A stretch of 63,000 nucleotides of DNA, filler included, from Perkinsus chesapeaki ATCC PRA-425 (GCA_013115145.1; 4 parts of 4 records of this genome joined end to end with filler, not necessarily neighbours in it); one strand, 5' to 3'. Shown: positions 1 to 12,878, counted from the first letter of the whole stretch. Numbers and translations are program-made. Notes: generated by a model not told the origin, from the sequence alone.

Positions 1-263
1 CCCGGAAAATATCCTCGTTTTCGTTTGTAATAGTATAGTTTCGTATGTGAAAATAGTATTCAGAGTTGTCAATAAGACTGAGGAGCAATAATAAGAGCAT
101 ATTTGTCACGAAACAGATGTACAAAGTCCTGTGACAGTTGTATATGTACATGTAAAATTTCGCTCGGCCGTTTTTTCGCGAAACGGTTGCGTTCACAGGC
201 GCAATCCATAGTGCAAAACCTTTATGTCTATAATTTCAAAGCCTAACTCGAAAAATTGAACGC

Positions 264-1080
264 GTGACGCCCGCCAAACTAAGTACAGTCTTTAGATGGC
301 GGGTACTGCACCCGCATTTAAACCTTCTTAACCTTGGCATGCCTCGCCTAGGGCAAGCCGTAGAGAAGGCAGAGGAAGTTGAGGAAGTGTTCGTCCTCCC
401 CTCACCAGGCATCGGAATAATACATTCCCGTCAGTTTAACGAACGACTTGCACATCGCCCCGTTCGAGGCCAGCGCTCGTCCTCGGCTAGATCTCGAAGC
501 CGTCAGCGCGCGCATCCAGCACGCGTTGACGATATGCACGGTCACGTAAGGCCAGCCGAGCTTCCAATTCTGAGGCGCCTCCGTGGTAGTGTCACTGAGG
601 TGCGAAGGGTCCCGTCTGTTTTGCAAGCGTAGCACCGTACCACTGATACGGACCGTATCATACGGTAACAGGTATGCAATAGAGTGCGAAACGACAAGAA
701 CTTGGAGGCATTTCTATGCTTGAAACATGCTTGCCTTAGCAGTGTACAGCAGTCGTCCGACGACTGTCGTCGAAATGATTTTGGAATATCACTCGTTTTG
801 CGACTCTTCCTCAATTCGGCGACTCTAGAGCCCCAATATCGGAGAGCCTTCATCTTATATAGCCTTTGGTATACCATCCACTGGATGTCATCCAGCTTGG
901 ATGATCCAAGCTGAAGTATCCAACATGGGTTATCGAGAACTGAACAGTCCGCACAAACAGTTAACAAATAAATTCGAATAACGCACATCAATTTGGGCCC
1001 TAGGATTATGATTTCTTACCTGAAGATGAAACCTTCATCATGGAGGAGTCCGAGTCGGACTGTCCGGCTATAAGTTTTGC
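264..1080 (-). CDS. possible multi-exon hypothetical gene fragment, boundaries unresolved
   Basis: Canonical GT-AG intron at 1019..940 on the minus strand (GTAAGA donor, pyrimidine-rich ...TTCAG acceptor) flanked by open frames; no recognisable domain. Confidence 0.25.
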
Positions 1081-1358
1081 AATATCTGAAACATAACCGT
1101 TATGTTACATAACTTATGTGGGAAAACTGCTCAAAACTGTGTAAGTCATCATCCCTCAAGCTTTCATCATAGCGGGATCATTATGCTTAAAGAATGACTA
1201 TTCATTGACGGCTCGAGGCTCAACCTTAGAAAGTCTATGGATGTCTACAGGATCACCGAGCATGTAATGATTCACTTGAAAACTGCAAGAAGCCAGATGA
1301 GAGAAGTGGCTTGACAGACAAGGAAGTAGGCTAACTGCAAAGATACTCGACTACCGTT

Positions 1359-2474
1359 CTATGGCCGATCAGCATAGCGAGCGAATTTCACCAATTTACG
1401 TTGCATATCAAACGATGAGAAATAACTCGTGAAAAACGGACGACCCAGGAAAATCATCGCGCCACGGTTATCACGATAGATAATTTTGAGCACGTACCAT
1501 TCATCATCATACTTCTGAGCGTACTTCTTCGGTGAGATACGTATGACGAGCGGACTTAGGGGATAAGAACCAACGTTAAACGTCAGGGTAGGCAGGAAGT
1601 TGTATGCTGCCTTCTCGATCAGCCAAAGGAGCCCAAGGCTTTTGATTCTTGGATTTCTACCAGAGTCATTTCTTACTGACTGACTTATCTCTTTCATGAG
1701 GTAGTCGAACTGCTCTTTGGGGAAGTCGAGCATGTCTGCCCCAGTGTCGTATGCAACAGCAGCATCAGACAGCTGTTTTGCAGAGGCTCGACCTTTAGAG
1801 CTCACCAGGCCAAGACTGTTTAAACCTGTAGCAAATATTCTGCGATATCCAACGGCCAACTTCATTGGAACTGTCATAGTAGTTGGAGCTTGAATAGGAC
1901 ATCGACCTTTCCACTGGCCCAACAGAAGCTGCCCACCGAAGGTAACCACGCGACTAGCCGAGGTGCATACTGAAACGGCGTACTGTTGCACGATCTTACT
2001 ATTTAATAGATCTAATGGTACTGTGTGAGGGTTAATACCGTCAGCGAAGGCTAGACCGAGAAAGTTCGTAGGTTTCTCAGTAGATACTCGTGAAGAGAAA
2101 TCAATGATGAGGCTGAATTGGGTTTTCAGTTTATGGCCGCTCACATCAATCACCCCCTCGTGCTGCACGGTCGTAATAGTCAAACCGTCCACGAAGCGTG
2201 TTGTATAATTCTTCATCTTGAAGGGGTCGCACGCACTTATGCAAACATAGCATAGTCTAGGCGGGCATGAGCCTTTCCCGTAGACCTTCTCATACCAATC
2301 TTTATATATAACATAAGTTCCACTCATGCCCGTGTCCATGTACAGGTCCAATGGTTGGCCATCGAAGCTTATTCCGGTAAGAATGGTATTGTCGAAGGGC
2401 AGGGAGATCTGGCCGATGACGAAGTGTAGCCCAACTGAAGCTACTAGCAAAGATTCGATAGCCGCTAATCGCAT
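1359..2474 (-). CDS. secreted pepsin-like aspartyl protease (family A1), intronless
   Basis: Two catalytic motifs, LYMDTGMS and VAYDTGAD; hydrophobic-hydrophobic-Gly motifs (NFLGLAF, IFLGRPFF); signal-peptide-like N-terminus from the ATG at 2474 (MRLAAIESLLVASVGLHFVIG). Confidence 0.92.
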   Translation of the reverse strand: MRLAAIESLLVASVGLHFVIGQISLPFDNTILTGISFDGQPLDLYMDTGMSGTYVIYKDWYEKVYGKGSCPPRLCYVCISACDPFKMKNYTTRFVDGLTITTVQHEGVIDVSGHKLKTQFSLIIDFSSRVSTEKPTNFLGLAFADGINPHTVPLDLLNSKIVQQYAVSVCTSASRVVTFGGQLLLGQWKGRCPIQAPTTMTVPMKLAVGYRRIFATGLNSLGLVSSKGRASAKQLSDAAVAYDTGADMLDFPKEQFDYLMKEISQSVRNDSGRNPRIKSLGLLWLIEKAAYNFLPTLTFNVGSYPLSPLVIRISPKKYAQKYDDEWYVLKIIYRDNRGAMIFLGRPFFTSYFSSFDMQRKLVKFARYADRP

Positions 2475-3627
2475 TGAGAGATTGGGAAGGATGACTGACT
2501 CCGACGAGGTGAACAATCAAGTAGAGTCACAAGAGACTACTGCTGACACGCACGCGACTCGCGTGACGCGAGAACATCATCGGGCGCCGCGCGAATTTCG
2601 CGTCGCGGATCATCGTATTGGTTAAAGCCGTTGTACCGGCGACGAAGCCGAGCCTTAAGGGTTTATTTCCTTAACCCACCAACACCACTATGGTTGTCTT
2701 AGGCACCTTGTCCACCGCGTTGCAAGTGGCACTACCGTGGTATGACCTATTCCATAAGTTCTATAGAAAAAGACTCCGAACTAGAGCCGCTCCCCAGGAA
2801 AGCGCAATCGCTCCCAAAGAAAAAATGCAAACACGATGATACAATTTGCAACTGTGCCCAACGTGGGCCATGTTACATGGCGGAGTGAGTACTATCTCAT
2901 ACACAAAACAGTTCCCAAGCGGCAAGCTAGTAACCGCCTCGTACGTACTAGCTTTACCTTGTGTACACCCTTCCTCTTCCCCGACGTCACCGACGCTCCG
3001 TCATATCCCTCGGATGTGCATTTTGACGGATAGATGCCCCCGACGCCGTAACCAGTCCAAAGACTACCGCTAAGGTTCCTAAAAATCTCATATCCGACTG
3101 GGATATGGGGTTTCTAGATGAAACTTCATTTTAACCAGCATGCCGCGGAAATGCTGGCAATGAATGCTGACGGAAATGCTTCAAGCTCGCATACTCGACA
3201 TAGCCAGACTAATCTCCCCGCTACTTTCTCAAGCACATTAGTGGGCACATGATTGCGTGACGCAATCACCGAAGAGATTAACCGCAGGGTGTCGCAGAGT
3301 TTGGCCTAATCGCCAAACTCATTGAATCTAAGGCCTACTCTCCCCGGACTGAGGTCCGAAGGGACGTCAGATTCCCTGTCCCGGTTTTGCTCCACGTTCG
3401 CCTGGTTTTGTGCTCAAGTTCAATCGGTCAAAATGTGGCATATCTTTTGCGGGTCGCAATTTGCAGCAAATGACTACTCAAATCAACGACTGTCAAAAGC
3501 ATTTGAAAAGCGTTCAGAACCTGTTAGCTACCGTACTTCTGGGCGAGGACGCGTTCAAGCCAGCGCTGACGCATACAGCTACTCGTGAAGGAAACTGTGA
3601 TGGGAGTTTTCTCAGATGACATCAAGT

Positions 3628-6600
3628 TTATACCGCCGGAGTGCGAAGCTGATATCTAAAATACGCTGGGACGTGCAAACGTCCAAGGCACAGCAGCGCT
3701 GAAGCACCTCTGCGATTTCCTTTAAGTTCACCACGGAAACTCCGGTAAAGAGATTGTTGATTCGGTTGTGGAGTGACAACTGGAATGAACATACGCTTCC
3801 GAGTGGGCTCTCGAATCACCTCGCTTTTTTTTTGCAGAGCAAGTAGTGTATCGTCCATCCGTTTCCTCATGGTGTTCAAGGCGTATAATTCTTGTATAGA
3901 CCAAAACTTTAGACCCTCTGAATGCAGTAATGATTAAGGGGCAAAGCGACGAGGTTTCATGCAGCCATCGTAGATTCTCACCGGCACAAAGCTTCATATG
4001 GCCGATTTTCCCCGTCGTCGTGAGTGCGAAAGCATCAAGACTGCTGGATCCACTTGCCTGCATGGAGTGCCACGCGGACGAGCCTCAAAAGCTCTAATCA
4101 CTCTGTACCGTCGGGCTGGCGCTCATGGAGAAGCTAATAGACTGTATCGTTGATCTGGGACTTTGAAGGTCAAGCACCCTTGCTGCTGAGGCTTGAAACG
4201 AGTCGTCCGAGACTATTGGAAACCTATAGGAAGATTCAGCCTGAATCAATCGTGCGGCCTGATCAGGACATTCCTCACACCGAAGGTGGCATCTGCTACC
4301 TCATTTGCTGTAGTTTCATCATGGAAGATCAGTAGCGTCACTGAGAGGCTATCGTTGTAAAGGATCGGTTGCGACGGACCTCGCATAACAGAGGATGGTA
4401 TGTACCAGTGTCTCCCCTACCAACAGGAGCGGAGCTCCCTGAACTATTCAATATCGTCAGGACCTGTGGTGCTCCATCAAAGACCATGACACCACAGGCT
4501 GAGGCATATGGATACCGGTGCCTATAAAACGTTGGGCTTTAACTGGTGTAATTTTTTAGCAATGGTGGTTGACCTGCTAAAATCCACTGGCTTTCTTTGA
4601 GGATTACGAGTCGATTCTGTGCAGTTTGTTGAATCCCGATAGACAAGTATGCCATGGCGTTTAGTGACTGCCACCCAGGAATCAGTTGCGCTACCAGTAT
4701 CTGAGATTGCCAGTATAGCTCAAGGTACTGTGTAATCAACGGCCATACCTATTAAAACAAGGCTTGCTACGTAAGTGATAGGTCACCTATTATAAATTAA
4801 GAGGAGTCTGAGAGTCCCACCTATCATAGGTGGGACTCTCAGACCCCTCTTAATCTGCATGTACTGGGAATATCAATCCGTGACAGACAACGATGCTGAC
4901 TTTAGCTCCGCGAAAATTCGGGTCACCTTTGTTGATTAGCAGCGCCTTCTTCAGCAAGAGGACCTCTACCGGCTCGTAGAAGTAAGCCGACATCTCGCTC
5001 CCTAATTCTATCGATCTATCATCTGTAAGAGACCAGGCACTATTGATTGTAAGGCAGGGGTATCTACACTCGTCCTTTTCTTGGAGGATGACCTTAACTA
5101 GATCCGAAGTAACTCGTCGGCTCCGTAGAGCACATTGTAAGCCTTCCATCATGTCGTACTTCAAGTAGGAGCATCGGCTCAGTAGGAGTGCTAAGGTTCG
5201 TCGAGGTAACACGGATCCTCCCAAACCCTAACGACCAAGCGCGGCTCACATCAGCCTCGTTAAGTATACTTCACGTACCTCGTGGATGGTGGCTTCTAAT
5301 AGTAGAGTAACTATCTTTGGTGGAAGAACGTTCGAGACTAGTCGATCCATCGTTGTCGTCTCGTGATGATTTGCGGAGCGGTCGAGTCGAGCAGCGGAAA
5401 ACACCTATGCGAAGCCATGATGGCAGCTGGTTTTCGCATTAAGCCCTCCTAAGGCGCTCTTGAGGGAGCCTGTCAGGCCGTCGATGGCAGGCAAATAACG
5501 CCAATCCAAAAGGAGAATATTAAAAAAGCGTTCGGAAGGAATAGCAGAGATTTACAAGTTCACAGGTTGCTCGATAAAAGCAAAGACGCAGAGAAGGGCC
5601 CAGGATGGGGTTGAGAGATCCCTGGTTGGTGTATTCTAGGATAGCACTAAGGCTCGTGAACAATTCCAAGAGGGGATCGGTTGAGCCCGCCATATCGAGT
5701 GCCTGATAAGAAGTTGTAGGATAGCAGTCCCTACTCGTTAACTTCACCTCAGCCAAAAGTAGGGCAAGTGCGCTGATAGTAGCAAACGATCCATACATTT
5801 CAGAATGGTTAATCGCTAGGCTCATGAGAGCGCATCTGCAGTATAACAATCCCTACGCAGGCCTCACAAGAGGCAGTAAAAAGTCTTGCTTACAAAGTCT
5901 TCGTCTCACAGAGCTTAGCAAGTATCGGCTTCACCGGGAGTAACAAAACAGCGTTTGCAAGTAGAAGACCACGAAAACACTGTATAACATCTTTTACTTC
6001 TTTTAAATGACTTATCTGATTACCAGTCCAGGATGCTTTACACTACCGCAAAACCAAAGTCGGCCAGCATCAATCTCGTGCTTTCAAGCGGGTTTGCGAG
6101 TTACGTTATTTCGTCCCCAATTCGGCTGGCACGAATGCCGATGTATGATATTGGGAAGACTGCCGCGGTTTCTACGCTCAACTGACGCAGACTGGAAGAA
6201 GCGCCTGAGCGTGTGGCCTCAGGCTCAGGCGTATGACTATGCAGATACCTTGTCCAAATCAGATGGTTATCATGTGAATCTAGGCTAGCGTCCAAGTTGG
6301 GTGTATGGGCTCGAACTTCATCGTCCTCTGGGGATACCAGCAACTGACGGCATCACACAATACCAAAGCACGTTCGATAACAGTTATATCAACCTTCTTT
6401 GTCTCAAGCATCTTATCGGTAAGGTAGGTCGAGACTGAAGCCTGTAGCTGTTTTGTATTGTCGATGGTCATCAACTCTTCTATTATCATACCGATATATC
6501 CCGGTCTCAATAGACGTTCTCCCTCAGCCTAAAAGCTACCGTGTGTTTATTGGCTGTAGCGCGTTTCTAACCATGATGCCATGTTTTTGCTCCGGATTGC

Positions 6601-6845
6601 TACCCAAGAGCTCGTTCACTAGCGATTCGCGTTCATTAACGTCATTTGGCCAAACACCAGCATAGGAACATCTGTGACCCGAAGCAGGGGTATGAACTTC
6701 AATCCCTCTCTCACTGCAGCAGTTCTAGCTCACGGTCGAGCTTCCCGGCGATTTCGATCACCCGCGGTAGGGCTGCAGCGATTCCCGTCTGGCCAGTGCG
6801 GCTGAGCGACTTTCTAATACAACGTTTTTCGTACTTGCTTATCAT
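3628..6845 (-). CDS. multi-exon hypothetical protein
   Basis: Chain of same-strand exon-sized open frames (6510-6280, 6343-6101, 5849-5520, 5224-4850, 4739-4539, 4063-3728, 3879-3628) separated by short GT-AG segments; no domain recognised; start approximate. Confidence 0.5.
4796..4854. repeat. near-perfect palindrome, 29-bp arms with 1-nt spacer
   Basis: ATTAAGAGGAGTCTGAGAGTCCCACCTAT-C-ATAGGTGGGACTCTCAGACCCCTCTTAAT; one mismatch. Confidence 0.97.
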
Positions 6846-7476
6846 GATATCCCTTCTTGATTGGTGAATTTACAGTGGCCTCGAATGGAGCACCGGGAGA
6901 TATGAACATACGGGATAAGACAGCTGTTGCTCTCCCCGGGATTCCTCAGCACATCTCAATCGTTGTGGTGTTAGCTCAGCCTTCGAATATTTTCCTGACC
7001 TAGCTACCGACAATGCTAATCCCCCAACGCAAAATTATCACTATAACTTTCGCACTATGACAGTAGCAGCGTGGCACTGGGCTGCTCTATTCAACGATGA
7101 TTGTTCGAATCTATTAATTAGAGTACGTTGGATATGACAAACTAACTCAAGCGGTCGCTACTGAGAAAGGGATACTCGTACTGATCGAGAAATGCACTCC
7201 CCGGATCGACAAGTTGTGCAAATCACGATGCTAAATCAAACAGGGTTTCGATCGAATGATAAAACAGGCAACAGATACAGCTTAATAACGATAGCAAGTA
7301 TAGAAGACTTTCCGTCCTATGCTTTAACAGGAATAACAACAGCAGCAACCCATCCTTACAACAGATAAACGCTCAACACGCAGGAAAATGGTTATAGACG
7401 ATAAAGATACAGTTTTATTAGAGACCGCCGATAGGACGTTCAACCTATCGGTAGTAAATTCCATGGCCAATAACAG

Positions 7477-8819
7477 CTATACCAGTCTAGCAGGATTGTT
7501 AAGCAAGGGCTCGTTGATAGCATTCTTGGTATTCACCGTGCGAGGACGAGCACTATTGGACAAGGACGACAAAGCTGAGTTAGCTGAGCCATTCATAACG
7601 AATGGTTTGCGCTCTAGTGGTGTACCAGCGGACATGGACATCGACATAGGAGCACGAGCCGGGTTGACCTGAGAAACGTATAAAGAAAGCTAGTGGTGAA
7701 CGCTCCTACCTTTTCGGTGCCAGAAAGGCCGAAAGGCAGCCGTACGATGTTATCATAAACAAGTACACCGTAGACTAGCAGGGCAAAACCGGCGAGCTGG
7801 ATGAGAGAATAGGGCGTCAGTGGCTCACCAAAAGCATGGTCATCACTACTATAGTACCTAAAAGAAGTGGTGCGAAGATACTGCAAAGGAGCGGCTTACA
7901 TTATAATAGAACAGATCCAGATAAGAATAGTCCTGGTAGAATCTAACATGGTAGTATGAATAGCCGAGGCCGAATTAGTGACATTAACAGCACAGATGTT
8001 ATAGGCAAAGGTATTGAGGGCGTAACCGAGAACACCACCTAGAACCATCTTAGAGTGACCCATCATAGCAAAGGCATCCGATGCGTTCTCAAAAACACCA
8101 CCAACATCTTTGCCAGGTACATGTTGCATTATTGGTAGCACTACACAGGCCATAACCAGGAGGCCCCAGATACCCTCAATGCCCACCAAAGCGAGAGGGG
8201 GCACTGCACCGCCCTTGAGAAGGAACTCCTCTACGACATACTGGGAGGCACAGACAACCTGGGCGGCTATAATAAAGCATATTCCTGTCATTATTTCACC
8301 GAAGGAGAAGCTTACGGCCTGGGAATCCCTGGCGAAGACCGAGGAAGACCCCACAAGTGTAAGCGCAATAACGCAGATGATAACACCGGCCCAGTGATTA
8401 CGATACATTTTACGTTTGAGGAAAATAACCGAGAGAGCCGCTGAGAAGACTATAATACTTCCTTTAAGCATTTGGAAGACCGACACGGGAGTGTAGACCA
8501 AACCAACGGCTTGAAAGGACGTACCGACCAGGTCGAAGCATGCGGGCAAAAATATGGCCAACCAGGTCTTCCTAGTGGGGTAGGAGAAGGGCTTCCCTGT
8601 TATACGAGCGACCAAGGCTAATATATAGAACACAATGAGGGCCAGGAACATACCGGAGAACATCATTAGGGACATAAACCATGGTTTATTGAAGAGATGG
8701 ACACCGTATTGCGGGAGACCGACAGCAAAACTCTGGAACGCTAACTTTTCGGATATTGATTGGCCTGATCCAACTATTAGACCGAGGCCGAATGCCAATC
8801 CAAGAGTTGAGATGGCCAT
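7477..8819 (-). CDS. SLC35F6-like / CRT-like drug-metabolite transporter (3 exons, ~419 aa)
   Basis: Exons 8819..7900, 7857..7710, 7668..7477 (introns of 42 and 41 nt) give an in-frame total of 1260 nt; ~10 hydrophobic segments; family-like motifs KPWFMSLMMFSGM, LPACFDLVGT, SVFQMLKGSIIVF, QYVVEE, LVGIEGIWG. Confidence 0.88.
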
Positions 8820-9181
8820 TACTAACAGAACTGGAAAAATGGATACAGTGACTGCTATACAGGAACGCGCAGCAAATGCGGATTAAACGATGAATCTAGC
8901 TTCGAAGTCACGCGCCGCAAAATTATTGTGGCATAAGATCCGAAAGTGCTTTCTTGGATAGAATCGACGGTATGGAGAGGTTTTCCAATAATTGTTGAGT
9001 AGTTCGAGCGTGACACGGAATAGAGGTGCCCCAGTAGAAGATATTCAGAGCCTCATTTCGGAGCCGGTGAAAACTATTCCAGAAAAATGGTCGGGGGAGG
9101 ATATGAAAAAGACGTATGTGTATAAATAAGCTCCTATGACGTTCCTGGGTTCTTCCCCCACAGCATCATTCGGCTTTGCCT

Positions 9182-11651
9182 ATGTTACATTGTTTTCGTA
9201 CCCGGTTGCCTCGACTACCAACAGTAACATCACTTCGGACGTTATTCAGCAATGTCAACTTTTATAATTCACCGAAGGCCTTCGCACCAGAGGTCCTGGC
9301 AGGGATAAGGTACTACCTTTACAGAGGCATACCACTGACAGGTGTGTTCAGCGAAATTCGGGGGTCAACTGGGGAGCGAGTTTCGGCCAAGTCGCTGATG
9401 ACCGAATGCCAGCTGGAGGCAGCAAACGTCCTACTGGGCACCTCTGTTATCCCTGGTATCTTTTCAAGTCAATTAGGGAAGATATTTCTGAGGTCAGATA
9501 AACCCCTTGTGCCGCCCAGAGACCTCGTGCTTGTAGCAGAAACAGGCTCTGGAAAAACTTTGGCGTAGGCATTGAATTTTCGGGCTCATTGTAGCCCCCG
9601 CCGGCAAGGTACCTGGCACCGCTACTCTCCAGACTAGCTGATTCTATCACACCAGAATCACCAGAAGGGATCTATGTTATGATATTGGTGCCTACTAGGG
9701 AACTTGTCCAACAGATATCAAGAGTAGTGCGGTGGATGGCGTCAAAGGGTATTTCTGGGCGAGTGACTGATTCCTATGTTTATGTGTATGCCAACTGACA
9801 CTAGTCGCCTTTAACTAACGTTTTAACGCGTTTTAACGCGTTGAACTCGTTTTATGTGCTTTTATGATAATAGGCATGACTTTTCTCACTTTACGATCAT
9901 CTTAGAATATTCCTAATAGCATTTCCTCTTTCTGTTGTGAGTTGTTTCCCCCAATAAGGTGCTCATGTTGCTGCTATCGCATCATCCCTTCCTGCGCAGT
10001 AGTTTCCTGTCTGGAGGGTATAGCATGGACGATGATATTGAAAGGATTGCTCGCGAGGATCGGCCACATGTAGCCGGAAGAGACTACTACATACAGTTAC
10101 GAATCATTTCAGATTTTGGTCTGCACCCCTGGGAGGTTAATTTCTCACCTGTCATCGACCAGCGGCCTCTACGGCCTCCTCAGGCGATCGTTGGATGTCA
10201 TGGTGGTCGATGAGTTCGACAGAATGGCCGATATGGGATTTCTGCCGCAGTTCGAGTCAGCATTAGTATACTGTGTTTTGGGATTGTTAATTCTTTAAGG
10301 CACATTTATAGCAGCCTTCTCGGCCCTCGTAGCGATGTCGGTCTGATCCTGTGTTCGGCAACAATCAGCCCTATACTCGACGGGGTGGCCAAAAGGATCC
10401 TTCGCCATGGTTTCGCTCGGACAGGCGTAATGCTGGTTCTTAGAAAAGGCGGGCTGGATAGGTTCAGTTAGTCCCGGACGGCTCTATCGGCAACCCCTGA
10501 GAAACTGAAGCAGGAAGTAGTATTTTTTGAGGCGGACAAATTTCAAGTAGGAAGTCATACCGTAAACTGGAAACAGATGAGGGACTTTTAGACTACCTTG
10601 GAGGCAGTTATCTACAAGGCGACCGGCGGAGCTGAAGTCCAGCCGAAGTCGAGAGGGCGAAGGGTGCTCGTGCTCTTCCCTACCGTTAGAATCCTACAAC
10701 TGTTCTATGTAACGACCAAAGCGCGTAGGAAGCAAAAAGGCACTAAAACAGCACTCCACGTAATGCTTTTGATGGGGCTTGGTTGGAGGCGTCATTCAGG
10801 CCACTCGGATAGCGGCCCTCCACGCGCAGCTTTCGAGCGAGAAACGGCGAAGTATCGCTGATGAGTTTCTGCGGCCGGATGGCCCGGGCGAGTAGGTCTA
10901 AGAGGAGCTGTAAGGGTGATGGTGGAGTTTTGTGTCAGTCCCTGTCTCCATCGAGTACTATTTGCCACGGACATTGCGGCAAGAGGGTTAGATTGGACAC
11001 ATGTTGGGCATGTTATCCAGGTTGAGCGGGATGATACTATTTGAGGTCGCTTAGTCGCTTCAGGTTGATTTGCCTTATGCCCAGACGGAAGGTGAAGTAG
11101 TGGACCAATACGTACACAGAATAGGACGGACGGCTCGAGCAGGCTCGACCGGGGTTAGCACACTGATGTTGCCGAGAGATCTTCATGGAGCCAATTTACC
11201 GAGGGTCATAGCGCCCCACGCGGAGCGACTGTCGTTTGTTGATTCCGGAGAGCTAGTGGAACTTTACACGTCAAAGTTGCCTGTGGAAGAAATGGAGCCT
11301 GTCTGGTTCGAACCGGGGTCCTGTCAACTCGGCTATCGCAGTTTGATGGCCTTCTATCATAGACAGATGCAGTTGTCGTGCAACCAGGACTTCGACATTT
11401 CAAAAGGGGACGTCATAAAATGTGTGAATAGGATGATATTCAGCACGGGTCTTTTGAAACGGCAACCGATGCTCAACCGGAAATTCGTGGACCAACTGGG
11501 CTTCACCGGCCTACCAGGCATTCGAATCGGAAGCTACTACGAGAAGGAACGTGAAGCGGAGGCCCTGGCGCGTGATATGGAAGGATCAGTGAATGATAAT
11601 GTTACTATTGAGGAGCAAGGTGTAACACAAAAGGAGACAGTCGATCGGTGA
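9182..11651 (+). CDS. DEAD-box RNA helicase, multi-exon, with N-terminal organelle-targeting-like leader
   Basis: Motifs AETGSGKT (I), PTRELVQQI (Ia), TPGRL (Ib), DEFD (II), SAT (III) and HRIGRTARAG (VI) in order across GT-AG-bounded exons; Arg/Leu/Thr-rich N-terminus. Confidence 0.9.
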
Positions 11652-12101
11652 GGCGTAGCGTAATCCAGAGCGGCAGCGTCTTCTCCCGTTTTGTGTTGTC
11701 TACATTTGTCGTCGTCTAATTCACAGAGCCCAACATGGGTTTACACCCATAATAATCTCACACATTGTTTCTGCTCGTTTCGGTGTGGCAATTGATGTGC
11801 TGTGTGGCGGCCGCTGGATTTGCACGCATGCGCAAGGAGCAATGAGACCTCTGAGTGCGAGCACTAGGTATAGATGCTATTCAGTGTGGACATATTGTTG
11901 AGGGCAGCTCCGATTTCAGCGAATGTTGTGGAAAAGTTGGTATGCTTTACAGTAAAGAAGGAATGCTGCAAATAATTTTGCACGCACGCGCATCGATGTG
12001 ACGCATGCGTTCATCTGCTTGTATGGGCTTCTCCTCTCCGCGGGTAGGGTTCAATGTATGTGACGCGGTATTAATAGTAAACTGTCTTTTAATCCTTAAC
12101 G

Positions 12102-12878
12102 ATGTCCAACCCTCGTGCTACTTTCGACACTACTGCCGGTAAGTTCACTGTCGAGCTCTACATGGACAAGGTAGGTTATCCGACAGCCACCCGCAGACTT
12201 GGTATTTCATCATCCCTGCTCAGATGCCCATTACTGCCTCTAACTTCGCTGACCTGGCCAAAGCCGGCTTCTACAACGGTCTCCACTTCCACCGTGTCAT
12301 CTCCGGTTTCATGATTCAGTTCGGTTGCCCCTTCTCCAAGGACGCTAAGAGCGCCAGAGCTGGTATGATACATTCTCTGTTCCTCTGGGATATATTCGTC
12401 TGCTATTCACATAGGCACTGGTGGCCCTAAGGGCGACACTAAGTTCAACGTTCCCGGTAAGGGAGAGATCACCAGAGACCACGGTGGAAACATCCCTGAC
12501 GAGTTCAGGGAGCCTGGCTGCCCCCATCTCTCGAACGAGGTAGGTAGATCATTCTACATACTCGTTAGGATATTCTACAGGTCGGAACCCTCTCTATGGC
12601 TAACACTGGCCGTCCCAACAGCGGTGGCAGCCAGTTCTTCATCAACGTCAACCATAACGACTTCCTCGATTTCTGGAGGAACGACCTCTCCCCCAGCCAA
12701 CACCCTGTTTTCGGAAAGGTCGTTGAAGGTAAGTTATTTCCTTTGCCGTAGCGGTAGTTTTGGAATTGACTTATTAGGTATGGATGTCGTGATGAACATC
12801 TCGAAGACTCCCACCGATCACAACGATAACCCTAGAACCCCTATCATGGTTAACTCTATCACCATTCAAGGTGCGTAG
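12102..12878 (+). CDS. cyclophilin-type peptidyl-prolyl cis-trans isomerase (5 exons)
   Basis: Spliced product: [23 protein letters not shown]|MPITASNF...[21 protein letters not shown]...|GTGGP...IPDEF...|[22 protein letters not shown]...HPVFGKVVE|GMDVVMNI...GA*; all four introns are GT-AG. Confidence 0.96.

Noticed and set aside
8110-8886. Plus-strand ORFs 8110..8397 and 8635..8886
   Set aside because: Antisense shadows of the transporter CDS with no independent motif.
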